Shown piece by piece: positions 19,151-27,704 of a stretch of DNA of 32,000 nucleotides (within the stretch, counting starts at the first letter, position 1; every line of letters starts with the position of its first letter). The stretch is from contig OX638337.1 of NCBI GenBank assembly GCA_951812855.1, positions 900,001 through 932,000 of the forward strand, written 5' to 3'. This DNA comes from an uncultured Lentisphaeria bacterium. GTDB lineage: Bacteria; Verrucomicrobiota; Lentisphaeria; JABSQK01; JAJFLO01. Below the pieces are notes generated by a model, which had not been told where the DNA came from, made no database searches, and saw nothing but the letters and a program-made list of their open reading frames with translations. A program made the translations under genes and the position numbers.

Positions 19151-19192
19151 AGCCCTTTCAAAGATGACCTCCCGAACAACCTAAAAGCCAAT

Positions 19193-19352
19193 ATGAAAAA
19201 CTATATCACAGAATTTGTGGGAATATTCTTTCTAATAGTAGTCATAGGATTAACTCTAATTTCTGAAACAATATTTTTCCCAGGCACCATTCGTTGGTGG
19301 TGTCTTCGGTGCAATTGCATTTAATTTAACTAATCCTCAGGAATTCGAATGA
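19193..19352 (+). pseudogene. MIP/aquaporin-family channel relic (about 27 N-terminal + about 23 C-terminal codons)
   Basis: MKNYITEFVGIFFLIVVIGLTLISE is a typical MIP N-terminus. After a +1 shift, APFVGGVFGAIAFNLTNPQEFE* is a typical MIP last helix and tail. Both NPA regions are absent. Confidence 0.6.
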
Positions 19353-19373
19353 AATCATCTATATGGAGATCAT

Positions 19374-19805
19374 ATGAAAACAGCGACAATTGAAACAAAC
19401 AAAGGAAATATTAAACTTGAATTGCATGAGGACAAAACCCCTAAAACTGTACAAAATTTTATAACTCTGGTTGAAAAAGGATATTATAATGGACTGAAAT
19501 TTCATCGAGTTATCGACAATTTTATGATTCAGGGTGGGTGTCCGGAAGGTACCGGACGTGGCGGTCCCGGATATACATTTGATGATGAATTCCATCCTGA
19601 CTTACAACATAGCGGTCCCGGAATTCTATCAATGGCAAATGCCGGTCCCAATACGAATGGAAGTCAATTTTTTATTACTCATGTCGAAACTCCGTGGTTA
19701 GATGATAAACACAGCGTATTTGGAAGAGTAATCGAAGGCCTGAATATCGTTAATTCTATTGAACAGGATGATACAATGGTAACCATAACTATAACAGATA
19801 GTTAA
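19374..19805 (+). CDS. Cyclophilin-type peptidyl-prolyl cis-trans isomerase
   Basis: 143 aa. [47 protein letters not shown]. Confidence 0.95.
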   Translation: MKTATIETNKGNIKLELHEDKTPKTVQNFITLVEKGYYNGLKFHRVIDNFMIQGGCPEGTGRGGPGYTFDDEFHPDLQHSGPGILSMANAGPNTNGSQFFITHVETPWLDDKHSVFGRVIEGLNIVNSIEQDDTMVTITITDS

Positions 19806-20253
19806 TTGTCAGATTTTCATAATTTAAGACAATATCCATTTAAGATCAGGTTGAATACGGATACGGGTTTGATGAGCCGAAATTTTTAAAAAATCAGAGA
19901 TTAAAGTGTCTCCAAAATTCGATCAACTAATGTAGTTGGCTTTTGACCTCTGACTGAAAAACAGATGCGGGATCAAACTGGATTTATTTACTAAAACTTT
20001 CTAATTCCCCTAAAGGTAGAGTCGCGTGCAATTTATTGTCTCTGATGACATCGCATTTAAGACGCGTATGTTCATCAAAATTGCCCCTTTCACTACAGGA
20101 ATTCACAAAAATAACCTTGCAATAAAATCGTATTCATTAATAGTATTCACAAATCAACAGCTAAGATGTGTTCGATGTAAATCCATCTTTTAATTGGGTG
20201 TCATAATTAGGAGATTGCCATACATAATTTGACACTGCAATAAGGAGAAAATA

Positions 20254-20547
20254 ATGAATATATTTGTCGGAAACCTTGATTTCAAAGTTAATGAAAATGA
20301 TCTGAGAACTGCTTTTGAAGCCTATGGAAATGTAAATTCTGCGACCATTATTAAGGACAAATTTACGGGTAATTCAAGAGGATTTGCATTTATAGAAATA
20401 AAAGCACATCAAGACGCAAGAAATGCAATTGAAAATCTAGATGGAACAAAATTAGGTGGCAGGCTGATTGTAGTAAATGAAGCAAGACCGCAGAGAGGCG
20501 ATAAACGAGTAAAAGGAAACGGTACACCTCGCCGGCAGTCATGGTGA
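20254..20547 (+). CDS. RRM-type RNA-binding protein
   Basis: 97 aa. RNP2 NIFVGNL and RNP1 RGFAFIE. Basic Arg/Gly tail. Strong SD AAGGAG upstream. Confidence 0.9.
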   Translation: MNIFVGNLDFKVNENDLRTAFEAYGNVNSATIIKDKFTGNSRGFAFIEIKAHQDARNAIENLDGTKLGGRLIVVNEARPQRGDKRVKGNGTPRRQSW

Positions 20548-20637
20548 ACCAATCCTTAACGTTATCAGAAAGTTTTTCTGAAGAATTATCGTGTTAATAA
20601 TGTTCTAATTTATGAACCTGACTTGGCATTAAACGAT

Positions 20638-20674
20638 TTAATATTACAGAAAAGAAAACCTCATGTAATATTAA
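20638..20674. promoter_or_regulatory. 11-bp perfect inverted repeat upstream of the Rrf2 gene (candidate operator)
   Basis: TTAATATTACA (20638-20648) and TGTAATATTAA (20664-20674) separated by 15 nt, ending 54 nt before ATG 20728. Confidence 0.3.
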
Positions 20675-20727
20675 TCAAAACAGTTCAGGACAGAAGTTTC
20701 AAATTCAAAAATTATACACATACAACC

Positions 20728-21165
20728 ATGAATTTATCCAGACGTACAGATTATGCCCTTCGAGCGATGGTAGAATTAGGACTTGTCTACGCAAAACAAG
20801 AATACCTTTCGGCCAAAGAAATTTCAAAGCGAGAGAGTATTCCCATAAAATTTCTGGAGCAAATTTTAGCAAAATTAAAAAATGAGGGATATGTGGACAG
20901 TCGGATTGGACCGGGTGGCGGATATATATTAATCAAAGCACCAGAGTCAATTACGTTTGGTTCCATTATACGGTTGTTTGAAGGATCTGTTGCACCCATT
21001 GGATGTATCAGTATTGAACATCCAAGTTATTGCTCAGAAAAATGGCATTGCAGATTCCATGTTGTCATGGCAGAACTGCGTGATGCGATTTCAGGTGTCA
21101 TCGACAAAAAAACTCTGGCTGATGTCTGTGAATTTGAAAATAATCCGAATCTATACAAAAGATGA
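20728..21165 (+). CDS. Rrf2-family transcriptional regulator (three-Cys, probably Fe-S binding)
   Basis: The track ORF starts at 20623, but the family N-terminus MNLSRRTDYALRAMVELG begins at 20728. wHTH ISKRESIPIKFLEQILAKLKNEGYVDSRIGPGGGY. Cys cluster GCISIEHPSYCSEKWHC. Confidence 0.85.
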   Translation: MNLSRRTDYALRAMVELGLVYAKQEYLSAKEISKRESIPIKFLEQILAKLKNEGYVDSRIGPGGGYILIKAPESITFGSIIRLFEGSVAPIGCISIEHPSYCSEKWHCRFHVVMAELRDAISGVIDKKTLADVCEFENNPNLYKR

Positions 21166-21170
21166 TTACA

Positions 21171-21444
21171 ATGAAAAGTGCAATTGAACCGGCCATGGAA
21201 CGATCATAGTGATGAGCCAGTCAAAAAATTGACTGATAAACAAAAAAAAACTATCGCCGAAATTAATAAAAAATACCTGGTAAAAATTGTCGAAGCAAGT
21301 GTAATGAATAACGATAAACTAAAAAGAGCCTGCGGTGATTTACAGCAAATTAAATAATTCAACCGTGATCTCACGGTTGAAATTGCTTCGATAAATGAAA
21401 AAATTGAAAGGGAAAAGGACCGAGTTCGTAATGAGTCTGAGTAA
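21171..21444 (+). pseudogene. Possible relic of a small coiled-coil protein (frameshift plus in-frame stop)
   Basis: MKSAIEPA, then a shift to WNDHSDEPVKKLTDKQKKTIAEINKKYLVKIVEASVMNNDKLKRACGDLQQIK*FNRDLTVEIASINEKIEREKDRVRNESE*. Looks like a real heptad-rich small protein, but I cannot name the family. Confidence 0.2.
21358..21381. promoter_or_regulatory. Perfect 11-bp inverted repeat with 2-nt spacer upstream of pyrK
   Basis: TTCAACCGTGA-tc-TCACGGTTGAA, ending about 50 nt before the likely pyrK start. The most GC-containing perfect palindrome in this spacer. Confidence 0.3.
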
Positions 21445-22234
21445 TTTTCAGGAAGATACCAGGGTATTAGAAAATAAAAATTATAAAGGTGATTATTTCT
21501 GTATAACATTTCATGCTCCTACGATCTCTCCGTCAGTCACACCAGGACAATTCGTGCATTTAAGACTCCCGAATTCACCTGATTTACTTCTTCGGCGCCC
21601 CTTTAGTATTTACGACGTTGATACTGAATTGAGCACACTTTCATTAATCTACAAAGTAATTGGCAAAGGCAGCAAAGCACTGTCACAAGTTTCGGCAGGA
21701 ACCACAGTAAACCTTCTTGGTCCCTTAGGTAACGGATTTCCGCCTGCGAATAAGGAAAAATTGATTATCATTGTTGCTGGAGGATACGGATGTGCTTCGA
21801 CCTTTCTTGTAGCAAAAACTGCAGTAAATCCCGGCTGCTGCATATTGGGAGCAAGAACAAGAGACGACATTCTGGTAGAAAATGAATTTAAGCAAACTGG
21901 ATTTGAAGTCAACATTACAACAAATGATGGGTCCTATGGTCATAAAGGTATAGTAACCGATGTACTGCAGCAGAAACTTAATGGGTTACCATATAATCAA
22001 TCCGCTTCAATTTATGCATGCGGCCCTGATGCGATGCTTAAAGCTGTCGGCAGACTCGCTTTAAAACATCATGCAGAATCTTACTTAAGCTTTGACATGC
22101 CAATGTGTTGCGGTGTGGGCGCATGTTTCACATGTGTCATAAAAATAAAGGCAGACAGTAGGGATGGATGGGAATATGTAAGAACGTGTTATAACGGCCC
22201 GGTATTCGAAGCGAATGACGTATTTTTTGAATAA
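21431..22234 (+). CDS. pyrK: Dihydroorotate dehydrogenase electron-transfer subunit-like FAD/[2Fe-2S] protein (PyrK family)
   Basis: PGQFVHLRLP and RRPFSIY FAD-binding motifs, GPLGNGF, VAGGYGCAS NAD fold, C-terminal cluster MCCGVGACFTC...RTCYNGPVF. ORF is open from 21395. Start at 21431 preferred by alignment to family length. Confidence 0.8.
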   Translation: MSLSNFQEDTRVLENKNYKGDYFCITFHAPTISPSVTPGQFVHLRLPNSPDLLLRRPFSIYDVDTELSTLSLIYKVIGKGSKALSQVSAGTTVNLLGPLGNGFPPANKEKLIIIVAGGYGCASTFLVAKTAVNPGCCILGARTRDDILVENEFKQTGFEVNITTNDGSYGHKGIVTDVLQQKLNGLPYNQSASIYACGPDAMLKAVGRLALKHHAESYLSFDMPMCCGVGACFTCVIKIKADSRDGWEYVRTCYNGPVFEANDVFFE

Positions 22235-22298
22235 TTTTCACTGCCAGAGAATGACTATAAAATATAATATGTGGACCGGGTGAGGTTTTCTGAATGAT

Positions 22299-23534
22299 TT
22301 ACTGATTGCTGGAATTACGGCCCTCGGGAATGTCCGGGAGATTCGGTACGGTGACCGGAAGTGGTGTATCGGATGCAGATGAGGAATTTTCCTCGGGAAT
22401 TTCTTTTTTCTTAATCAGATCAGTTCGATCCAAAATCATATTATCTACAACGTAAGACGTGACGATATAAACCCAATTTGAGAAGCGACTCGATTCGTTT
22501 TCAAATTTTTCTTTTGCCTCGGCAAGCTTTTTAGCCGCTTCAGCCTCGCGGGCAGCTTTTGCGTCTTCAGTTTCATCGTCTGGAACATCAGCTTGTGGTG
22601 GTTCAACATAATTAACAGCAATCTTAATTGGATAATTACCCTCATCATCTTTCTTCCCGATTGAAATGGAATAGGTAAAACCGGTAAATGTTTCAGCAAT
22701 AAATTCACGCCCCTCATTGAATCCATGGATTTCATCTCCAATGGAAGGGTCTGCTACCTTATTAAAACCGGGATATCGAAGTGCACCACCAATTCCGCTG
22801 ATTTTAGAGGCTTCCACTTCTTCATCCGGACCAACTTCACCATCTAACAGGAGTACTGAATTCTCACTTTCCCGTGAAAGGCGCCATAACTCAACACCAT
22901 CTTTTTTACCAAGAATATTTTTTAGCTTGTCAGCCTTTATAAATCCCTTATCCAGCCATTGATCATTTTCATCCGAAATACTGCTGAATGTTTCAGAAAC
23001 CAGTGCAACTGTTTTAGATTTTGGCTGATAGACATACCGACCATCCGGCCACCCACCACCGGGACCCGGTGCACTTCCCTCAGCCTTCTTCATATGCTCC
23101 TTACCTAATCGAATTTTACCGAGCGACGAATTACTGCTGCTTAAAAATTCAACCTCAATTCCCGTATCCGATTCCTGATCTGGTGAATTTAATTGTAATC
23201 GCCCAAAATCATTAGTACCCAGATCGATTTTCTGAACAAGTTTCAAATCTCTAATTTTTTTGAGAAAATCAGCAATCTTAACAAAATCAGCATAATAAGA
23301 AAAACTACTTGAAACAGTCCAATAATCTTCATTTTTAGACAATTCCACCAATTTATCTTTTGATGTTATGACAATATTTGAAACATCATTCAGTGGAAAA
23401 TCAGGGTAAAGTTCTTGCCCAATAACTGAATTTTTCCCCTCCCAGGAACTCTGTCCCTTCTTCGTGACCATCCAACCTGCCGCACCGATAATGATACAAA
23501 TGATAATTAAAAATAATAATTGTCCTGTTTTCAT
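22299..23534 (-). CDS. DUF4340-domain protein (last gene of the ABC/GldG-like operon)
   Basis: 411 aa. N-terminal TM anchor, repeated beta-rich modules, Glu/Ala/Lys-rich linker. 4-nt overlap with the upstream GldG-like gene. This gene order is typical for DUF4340. Confidence 0.75.
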   Translation of the reverse strand: MKTGQLLFLIIICIIIGAAGWMVTKKGQSSWEGKNSVIGQELYPDFPLNDVSNIVITSKDKLVELSKNEDYWTVSSSFSYYADFVKIADFLKKIRDLKLVQKIDLGTNDFGRLQLNSPDQESDTGIEVEFLSSSNSSLGKIRLGKEHMKKAEGSAPGPGGGWPDGRYVYQPKSKTVALVSETFSSISDENDQWLDKGFIKADKLKNILGKKDGVELWRLSRESENSVLLLDGEVGPDEEVEASKISGIGGALRYPGFNKVADPSIGDEIHGFNEGREFIAETFTGFTYSISIGKKDDEGNYPIKIAVNYVEPPQADVPDDETEDAKAAREAEAAKKLAEAKEKFENESSRFSNWVYIVTSYVVDNMILDRTDLIKKKEIPEENSSSASDTPLPVTVPNLPDIPEGRNSSNQ

Positions 23535-25426
23535 TTACCTGTCATCCTTTTTTTCCTAATAAATGCAAACATAAGACCGAAAACACAAACTCCTGCCGGA
23601 ACACTCGCGATATTAATTAACTTTAACCTGATTTCTAAACTATCGACATCTTTCCTAAGTTGTTTTCGTAATTCTTTCAACCTCTTATTAACTTCAACTT
23701 TCTTTTCTTGAAATTTTTCAAGTTCTCTGGCTTGTTCTTTTGACATGATAAATCGTTGACTTTGATCCTTTTTTGTCCGATTCAACTCTCCAATCTTCTG
23801 TTGAGCTTCCGACAACTCTTCCTCAAGATCACTGATTTCCTTTTTATATTTTTTTTCTGCTTCAAGCTGCATATCTTTCACAACGAGAAATGGACGATTA
23901 GTGACGCCTCGGGATCGAATTGAGATTAAACTGCTATCTCCACTCAACTGCTCTGCACTATTTTGCAGTAAGTTGTTATTGTCACTGAATACCTGATGGA
24001 TTGTCTGTCCAAAAAAACTTGTTTTTCGAACCCAAAAATCATCATAAATCATATCTGCATCGGCGACTAAAATTACCGCTCCGGAATCTGTAGATTCTTT
24101 TAAATACTCTGAATCATCCAACTTGCTTTCATCATCACCGGCGGGAGGTCCATTTTCAAAAGCTGTTTTAAAATTTCCAACCAGCCGGATTGCCAGAGCG
24201 TATTCTTTATCTTCCGGTTTAAAATCTTTTGCAATTGCCTTTTCCGGTAATTGAGCCTTATAACTCTCTACAAGCTGAGATTGCTTTGAGGTGTGAACTA
24301 ATACGGTTTTTGTCAACCCATCTTCAACTTCTCCGGTAAATGCTCCGGAATAGGCGAAGATAACTTTATCTAATGAACTGGCGATTATATCTCCGACATT
24401 CAATGATCTGGAATCCAAACTCAATACCGAGGGCGATGTTTGGCGCTGTCGTCCACCCTGCGCGCCAACTTCGGTTGAGTTTTTCATATCAATAATAATT
24501 TTCTGGGTATCAAACTCAACTCCCCAGGCATCGAAAAGAAATTTAAGAGTTGATGAACCGGGAGGTGTCGGCCTGCCTGAATCTGATTTTGAAAACTGAG
24601 ATTCAATTGCAGACATCGGGTCAACAAACGCAACCATCTTTCCGCCTTTCAGTATATACTGGTCGATTGCAAACTGAGTTTTATCAGAAACTCCCTTTGG
24701 GTGAACAACGACAAGAACTGAGATATCTTCCGGAATTTTATCCGCATCGATTTGAATTTCACGAACATTAAAGTCTTTTTTTAATTCAGAAACAAAAACC
24801 CAGGGAGCAGGAACCTGACGTTGTGGATATCCAACATTTGGCGGTAACTTATCGCCCATTACCGGCAATGTAGACATAACACCAATAACGATTTGAGATG
24901 GATTTGCAACCCGCAAAATTAAACGGGTAATGTCATATTCAAGTGTACTTTCGGTATTTGGTGATAAAAATGGTATCGATAATGTTTCATCAATACAATT
25001 AACAGCCAACCCAAGATAGATTTTTTCGCCAGTTTGTAATGTTTGACCATCAATTCCATCCAAAGCAGCAGCATCTTCTGCATCTGAATCAGGCGATGGG
25101 TCATACTTTTCAATTTTTAACTTACTTCCCCCGGCTATTTCGTATTCTTTTAACAAGTCTTCAATCCGCTTAGCATAACTCTTTAAGTAAATCGGCATTT
25201 CTGTTTGGCTTCGCGTACAATAAAATCGAAGTGTGACCGGGCTTTTTAATTTGCCGATAATCTGTTTTGAACCATCCGACAGAGTATATAACTTATCTTC
25301 TGTTAAATCTTTGCGTAAATGGAGATGACTTGTAATCACATTAATTGCGATCATCAATACAGCCATAACAACAATTCCCGTAGCAGAGAATAAAAGCGTT
25401 TGAATATTTTTACTGTTTTTTGACAT
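23531..25426 (-). CDS. GldG-like ABC-transporter auxiliary component (ABC_transp_aux family)
   Basis: 631 aa. N- and C-terminal TM anchors flank a large periplasmic domain (LRFYCTRSQTEMP..., VVHPKG...ILKGGKMVAFVDP). Coiled-coil region before the last TM. Confidence 0.85.
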   Translation of the reverse strand: MSKNSKNIQTLLFSATGIVVMAVLMIAINVITSHLHLRKDLTEDKLYTLSDGSKQIIGKLKSPVTLRFYCTRSQTEMPIYLKSYAKRIEDLLKEYEIAGGSKLKIEKYDPSPDSDAEDAAALDGIDGQTLQTGEKIYLGLAVNCIDETLSIPFLSPNTESTLEYDITRLILRVANPSQIVIGVMSTLPVMGDKLPPNVGYPQRQVPAPWVFVSELKKDFNVREIQIDADKIPEDISVLVVVHPKGVSDKTQFAIDQYILKGGKMVAFVDPMSAIESQFSKSDSGRPTPPGSSTLKFLFDAWGVEFDTQKIIIDMKNSTEVGAQGGRQRQTSPSVLSLDSRSLNVGDIIASSLDKVIFAYSGAFTGEVEDGLTKTVLVHTSKQSQLVESYKAQLPEKAIAKDFKPEDKEYALAIRLVGNFKTAFENGPPAGDDESKLDDSEYLKESTDSGAVILVADADMIYDDFWVRKTSFFGQTIHQVFSDNNNLLQNSAEQLSGDSSLISIRSRGVTNRPFLVVKDMQLEAEKKYKKEISDLEEELSEAQQKIGELNRTKKDQSQRFIMSKEQARELEKFQEKKVEVNKRLKELRKQLRKDVDSLEIRLKLINIASVPAGVCVFGLMFAFIRKKRMTGK

Positions 25427-25486
25427 TCCTAATTCACCTTTACGATTTCAACAAAATTAATTAATTCCCCAGGTAAGCAAATTGCA

Positions 25487-26245
25487 TTAACTCGCTTTTC
25501 TACTGTGCAACACAACACTTGTCGAAAATAACGAGAAAAAAATTAACGATAAGTAATAAATAATATCCCGACTATCTATTACTCCTCGCTGCAGCCCTTC
25601 AAAATGTGGAATGATGCTAAAAGCCGCAACCAAATCTACAACCCAAATCGGAGCCCATTTAACAAATAAATCGGTGATTGGCGGCCACCCTGCCAGTATT
25701 AAAAGAAGACATAATACTAAAGAAATAATAAAACTAATGACTTGATTTCTTGTCAGTGACGAGGTTAAGCCACTGATGGCTAAAAATGTAATAGCGACTA
25801 AAAAACTGCCGATATATCCGCATAAAATTGCACCTGTATCCGGATCGCCGAGATGCTTCACTGTCAAAACCATTGGAAATGTTAACGACAGACAAAGCAA
25901 TAAGAACAGACACCCAGCAATAAACTTACCCAAAATTGCCTGCCAGGCGGTAATGGGCAGTGTAAACAATAGTTCTAACGTACCGCTCCGACGTTCCTCT
26001 GACCACACTCGCATACCAACAGATGGTACCAAAAACATATAGAGCCAGGGATGCCAGAGAAAAAAGGAATCAAGGTTCGCCTCGTTCCGTTGAAAAAAAC
26101 CACCGAGCATGAATGTAAAAAAACCAATCAGAATTAAAAATATGATCATAAAAACGTATGCTACCGGTGAAACAAAATAACTGTAGAGTTCTTTCTTTGT
26201 TACCGCACTTATATTCGAAAATGTGCCACTCATCTTTCCCCTCAC
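25487..26245 (-). CDS. ABC-2 type permease (GldF-like)
   Basis: 252 aa, six predicted TM helices. KKELYSYFVSPVAYVF start and EERRSGTLELLFTLPI motif. Start overlaps the ATPase stop. Confidence 0.85.
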   Translation of the reverse strand: MRGKMSGTFSNISAVTKKELYSYFVSPVAYVFMIIFLILIGFFTFMLGGFFQRNEANLDSFFLWHPWLYMFLVPSVGMRVWSEERRSGTLELLFTLPITAWQAILGKFIAGCLFLLLCLSLTFPMVLTVKHLGDPDTGAILCGYIGSFLVAITFLAISGLTSSLTRNQVISFIISLVLCLLLILAGWPPITDLFVKWAPIWVVDLVAAFSIIPHFEGLQRGVIDSRDIIYYLSLIFFSLFSTSVVLHSRKAS

Positions 26246-27198
26246 CTATCATCTGTAGTTGTTATTGATCTAAACACATCGTCGAGTCTGCCTTCGTCTG
26301 TTTTGAGCTCACAAATCTCCCAATCAGCATCACTGGCTTCATGATAAACTTTTTCGGCTAAGCCGTTCTGATAATTGCCATCGGTCTTTTTGGGAATAAC
26401 TCTCGTTTCGCATGAATGCTCATTTTCAGATAAACACATCACGCTATCGACACCATCAATACCTTCGAGTCTGGAAGAAATATCTGCATATTTTACATTA
26501 TTTAATTTAACAATTACCGAATCCGCCATTGCCGACCGTTTTTTCAATTCGGCAGGCAATCCATCGGCAACCAGTTTACCGTTGTTAATTATAATAACCT
26601 TTGAACATACTGCATCGACTTCTTCCAGGATATGAGTTGAAAGTATAATTGCTTTTCGTTCACTCATCCGTTTAATTAGATTTCGAACTTCATGCTTTTG
26701 ATTAGGATCAAGTCCGTCAGTTGGTTCATCCAAAATAAGTACCTCAGGATCATGAATGATAGATTGTGCGAAGCAGGTCCGATGAAGAAAGCCCTTAGAA
26801 AGAGTTTCGATGGGTTGATGGCGTACAGCTTGAAGAAAACATGTTTCAATCACTCTTTCTACGGCAATTGTCCGTTCACTCCCGGATACACCTCTCAGTG
26901 ATGCAATAAATCGTAAAAAAGCAGTGACCGTCATATCTCCGTATGCGGGTGCATTTTCAGGCAAATACCCCATGAGGGATTTTGCTTTAACTGGATCTTC
27001 ATCAATGTCAAATCCACCAACTGTGATTTTGCCTTCATCTGCAGGAATATATCCTGTGATCATTCTCATGGTTGTTGATTTCCCGGCACCATTGGGCCCC
27101 AGGAATCCCAATACTTCTCCCTTGTTAACATTAAAGGATACATTGTTAACTGCACGTTTGGAGCCGAACCATTTATTCAGATTCTCTACGTTAATCAT
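26242..27198 (-). CDS. ABC transporter ATP-binding protein (GldA-like)
   Basis: 318 aa. Walker A GPNGAGKST, signature LSKGFLHR (degenerate), Walker B LILDEPTDGLD, H-loop STHILEE. Confidence 0.9.
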   Translation of the reverse strand: MINVENLNKWFGSKRAVNNVSFNVNKGEVLGFLGPNGAGKSTTMRMITGYIPADEGKITVGGFDIDEDPVKAKSLMGYLPENAPAYGDMTVTAFLRFIASLRGVSGSERTIAVERVIETCFLQAVRHQPIETLSKGFLHRTCFAQSIIHDPEVLILDEPTDGLDPNQKHEVRNLIKRMSERKAIILSTHILEEVDAVCSKVIIINNGKLVADGLPAELKKRSAMADSVIVKLNNVKYADISSRLEGIDGVDSVMCLSENEHSCETRVIPKKTDGNYQNGLAEKVYHEASDADWEICELKTDEGRLDDVFRSITTTDDR

Positions 27199-27330
27199 AA
27201 ATTCTATCCAAAATTAAACATTTTGTCATGGGGAACAGGTAAACTTTTATAACAACCAATGATCTAAATTCAAAATTAAGACACTCAGACATGATGTAAT
27301 TATTAAAGTTCCCAGTTTTATTAAAAAATT

Positions 27331-27616
27331 TTTAATTTTGAATGCGGACTTGAAGAAGAGAATTGTACAGCACCCAGAATAACGTCATGCTGCGGGCATT
27401 TAAAGGTGTAAATCCACTACTGTGAACGAAATCAAATCGAGAAATGGCTGGATAGCCAAATATCCAGGCAAAGACAGCATGGCCGAATTCATGGATGAGA
27501 ATGCTGAAAAAATGAAAAATCCATTTATTAAAGGAGACTTCGACTTCAAAATCAGAACAGCCACTATAATTCCGACAACGAAAGCAATCCAGCCTTTTCG
27601 ATTTATGATCGATCGT
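27331..27616 (-). pseudogene. HExxH zinc metalloprotease relic (membrane protease, possibly M50-like)
   Basis: Minus-strand open frame without start codon: ...NKWIFHFFSILIHEFGHAVFAWIFGYPAISRFDFVHSSGFTPLNARSMTLFWVLYNSLLQVRIQN*. HEFGH is encoded at 27478-27492. A neighbouring frame holds a TM-like KGWIAFVVGIIVAVLIL. Far too short for the family. Confidence 0.45.
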
Positions 27617-27688
27617 TTATGGATAATGATTTTTATCAGTTATGAATCTTCTCCCTGTATTGAATCAATCATCGTGAATCACACAATT
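27611..27688 (-). repeat. Copy A of a 78-nt repeat; candidate orphan 5' terminus of a group II intron
   Basis: Gapless alignment to 31635-31712, 64/78 identical by hand count. On the minus strand it begins AATT|GTGTGATTCAC, 20 nt after the mutM stop. Confidence 0.6.
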
Positions 27689-27704
27689 AAATTTATAGAA
27701 GATT

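Noticed and set aside
27674-27684. TGTGA-T-TCACA near-palindrome in both repeat copies as a CRP/FNR-type binding site
   Set aside because: CRP-family sites have a 6-bp spacer between TGTGA and TCACA, and here it is 1 bp. The motif is better explained as part of the GUGUG intron-like terminus.
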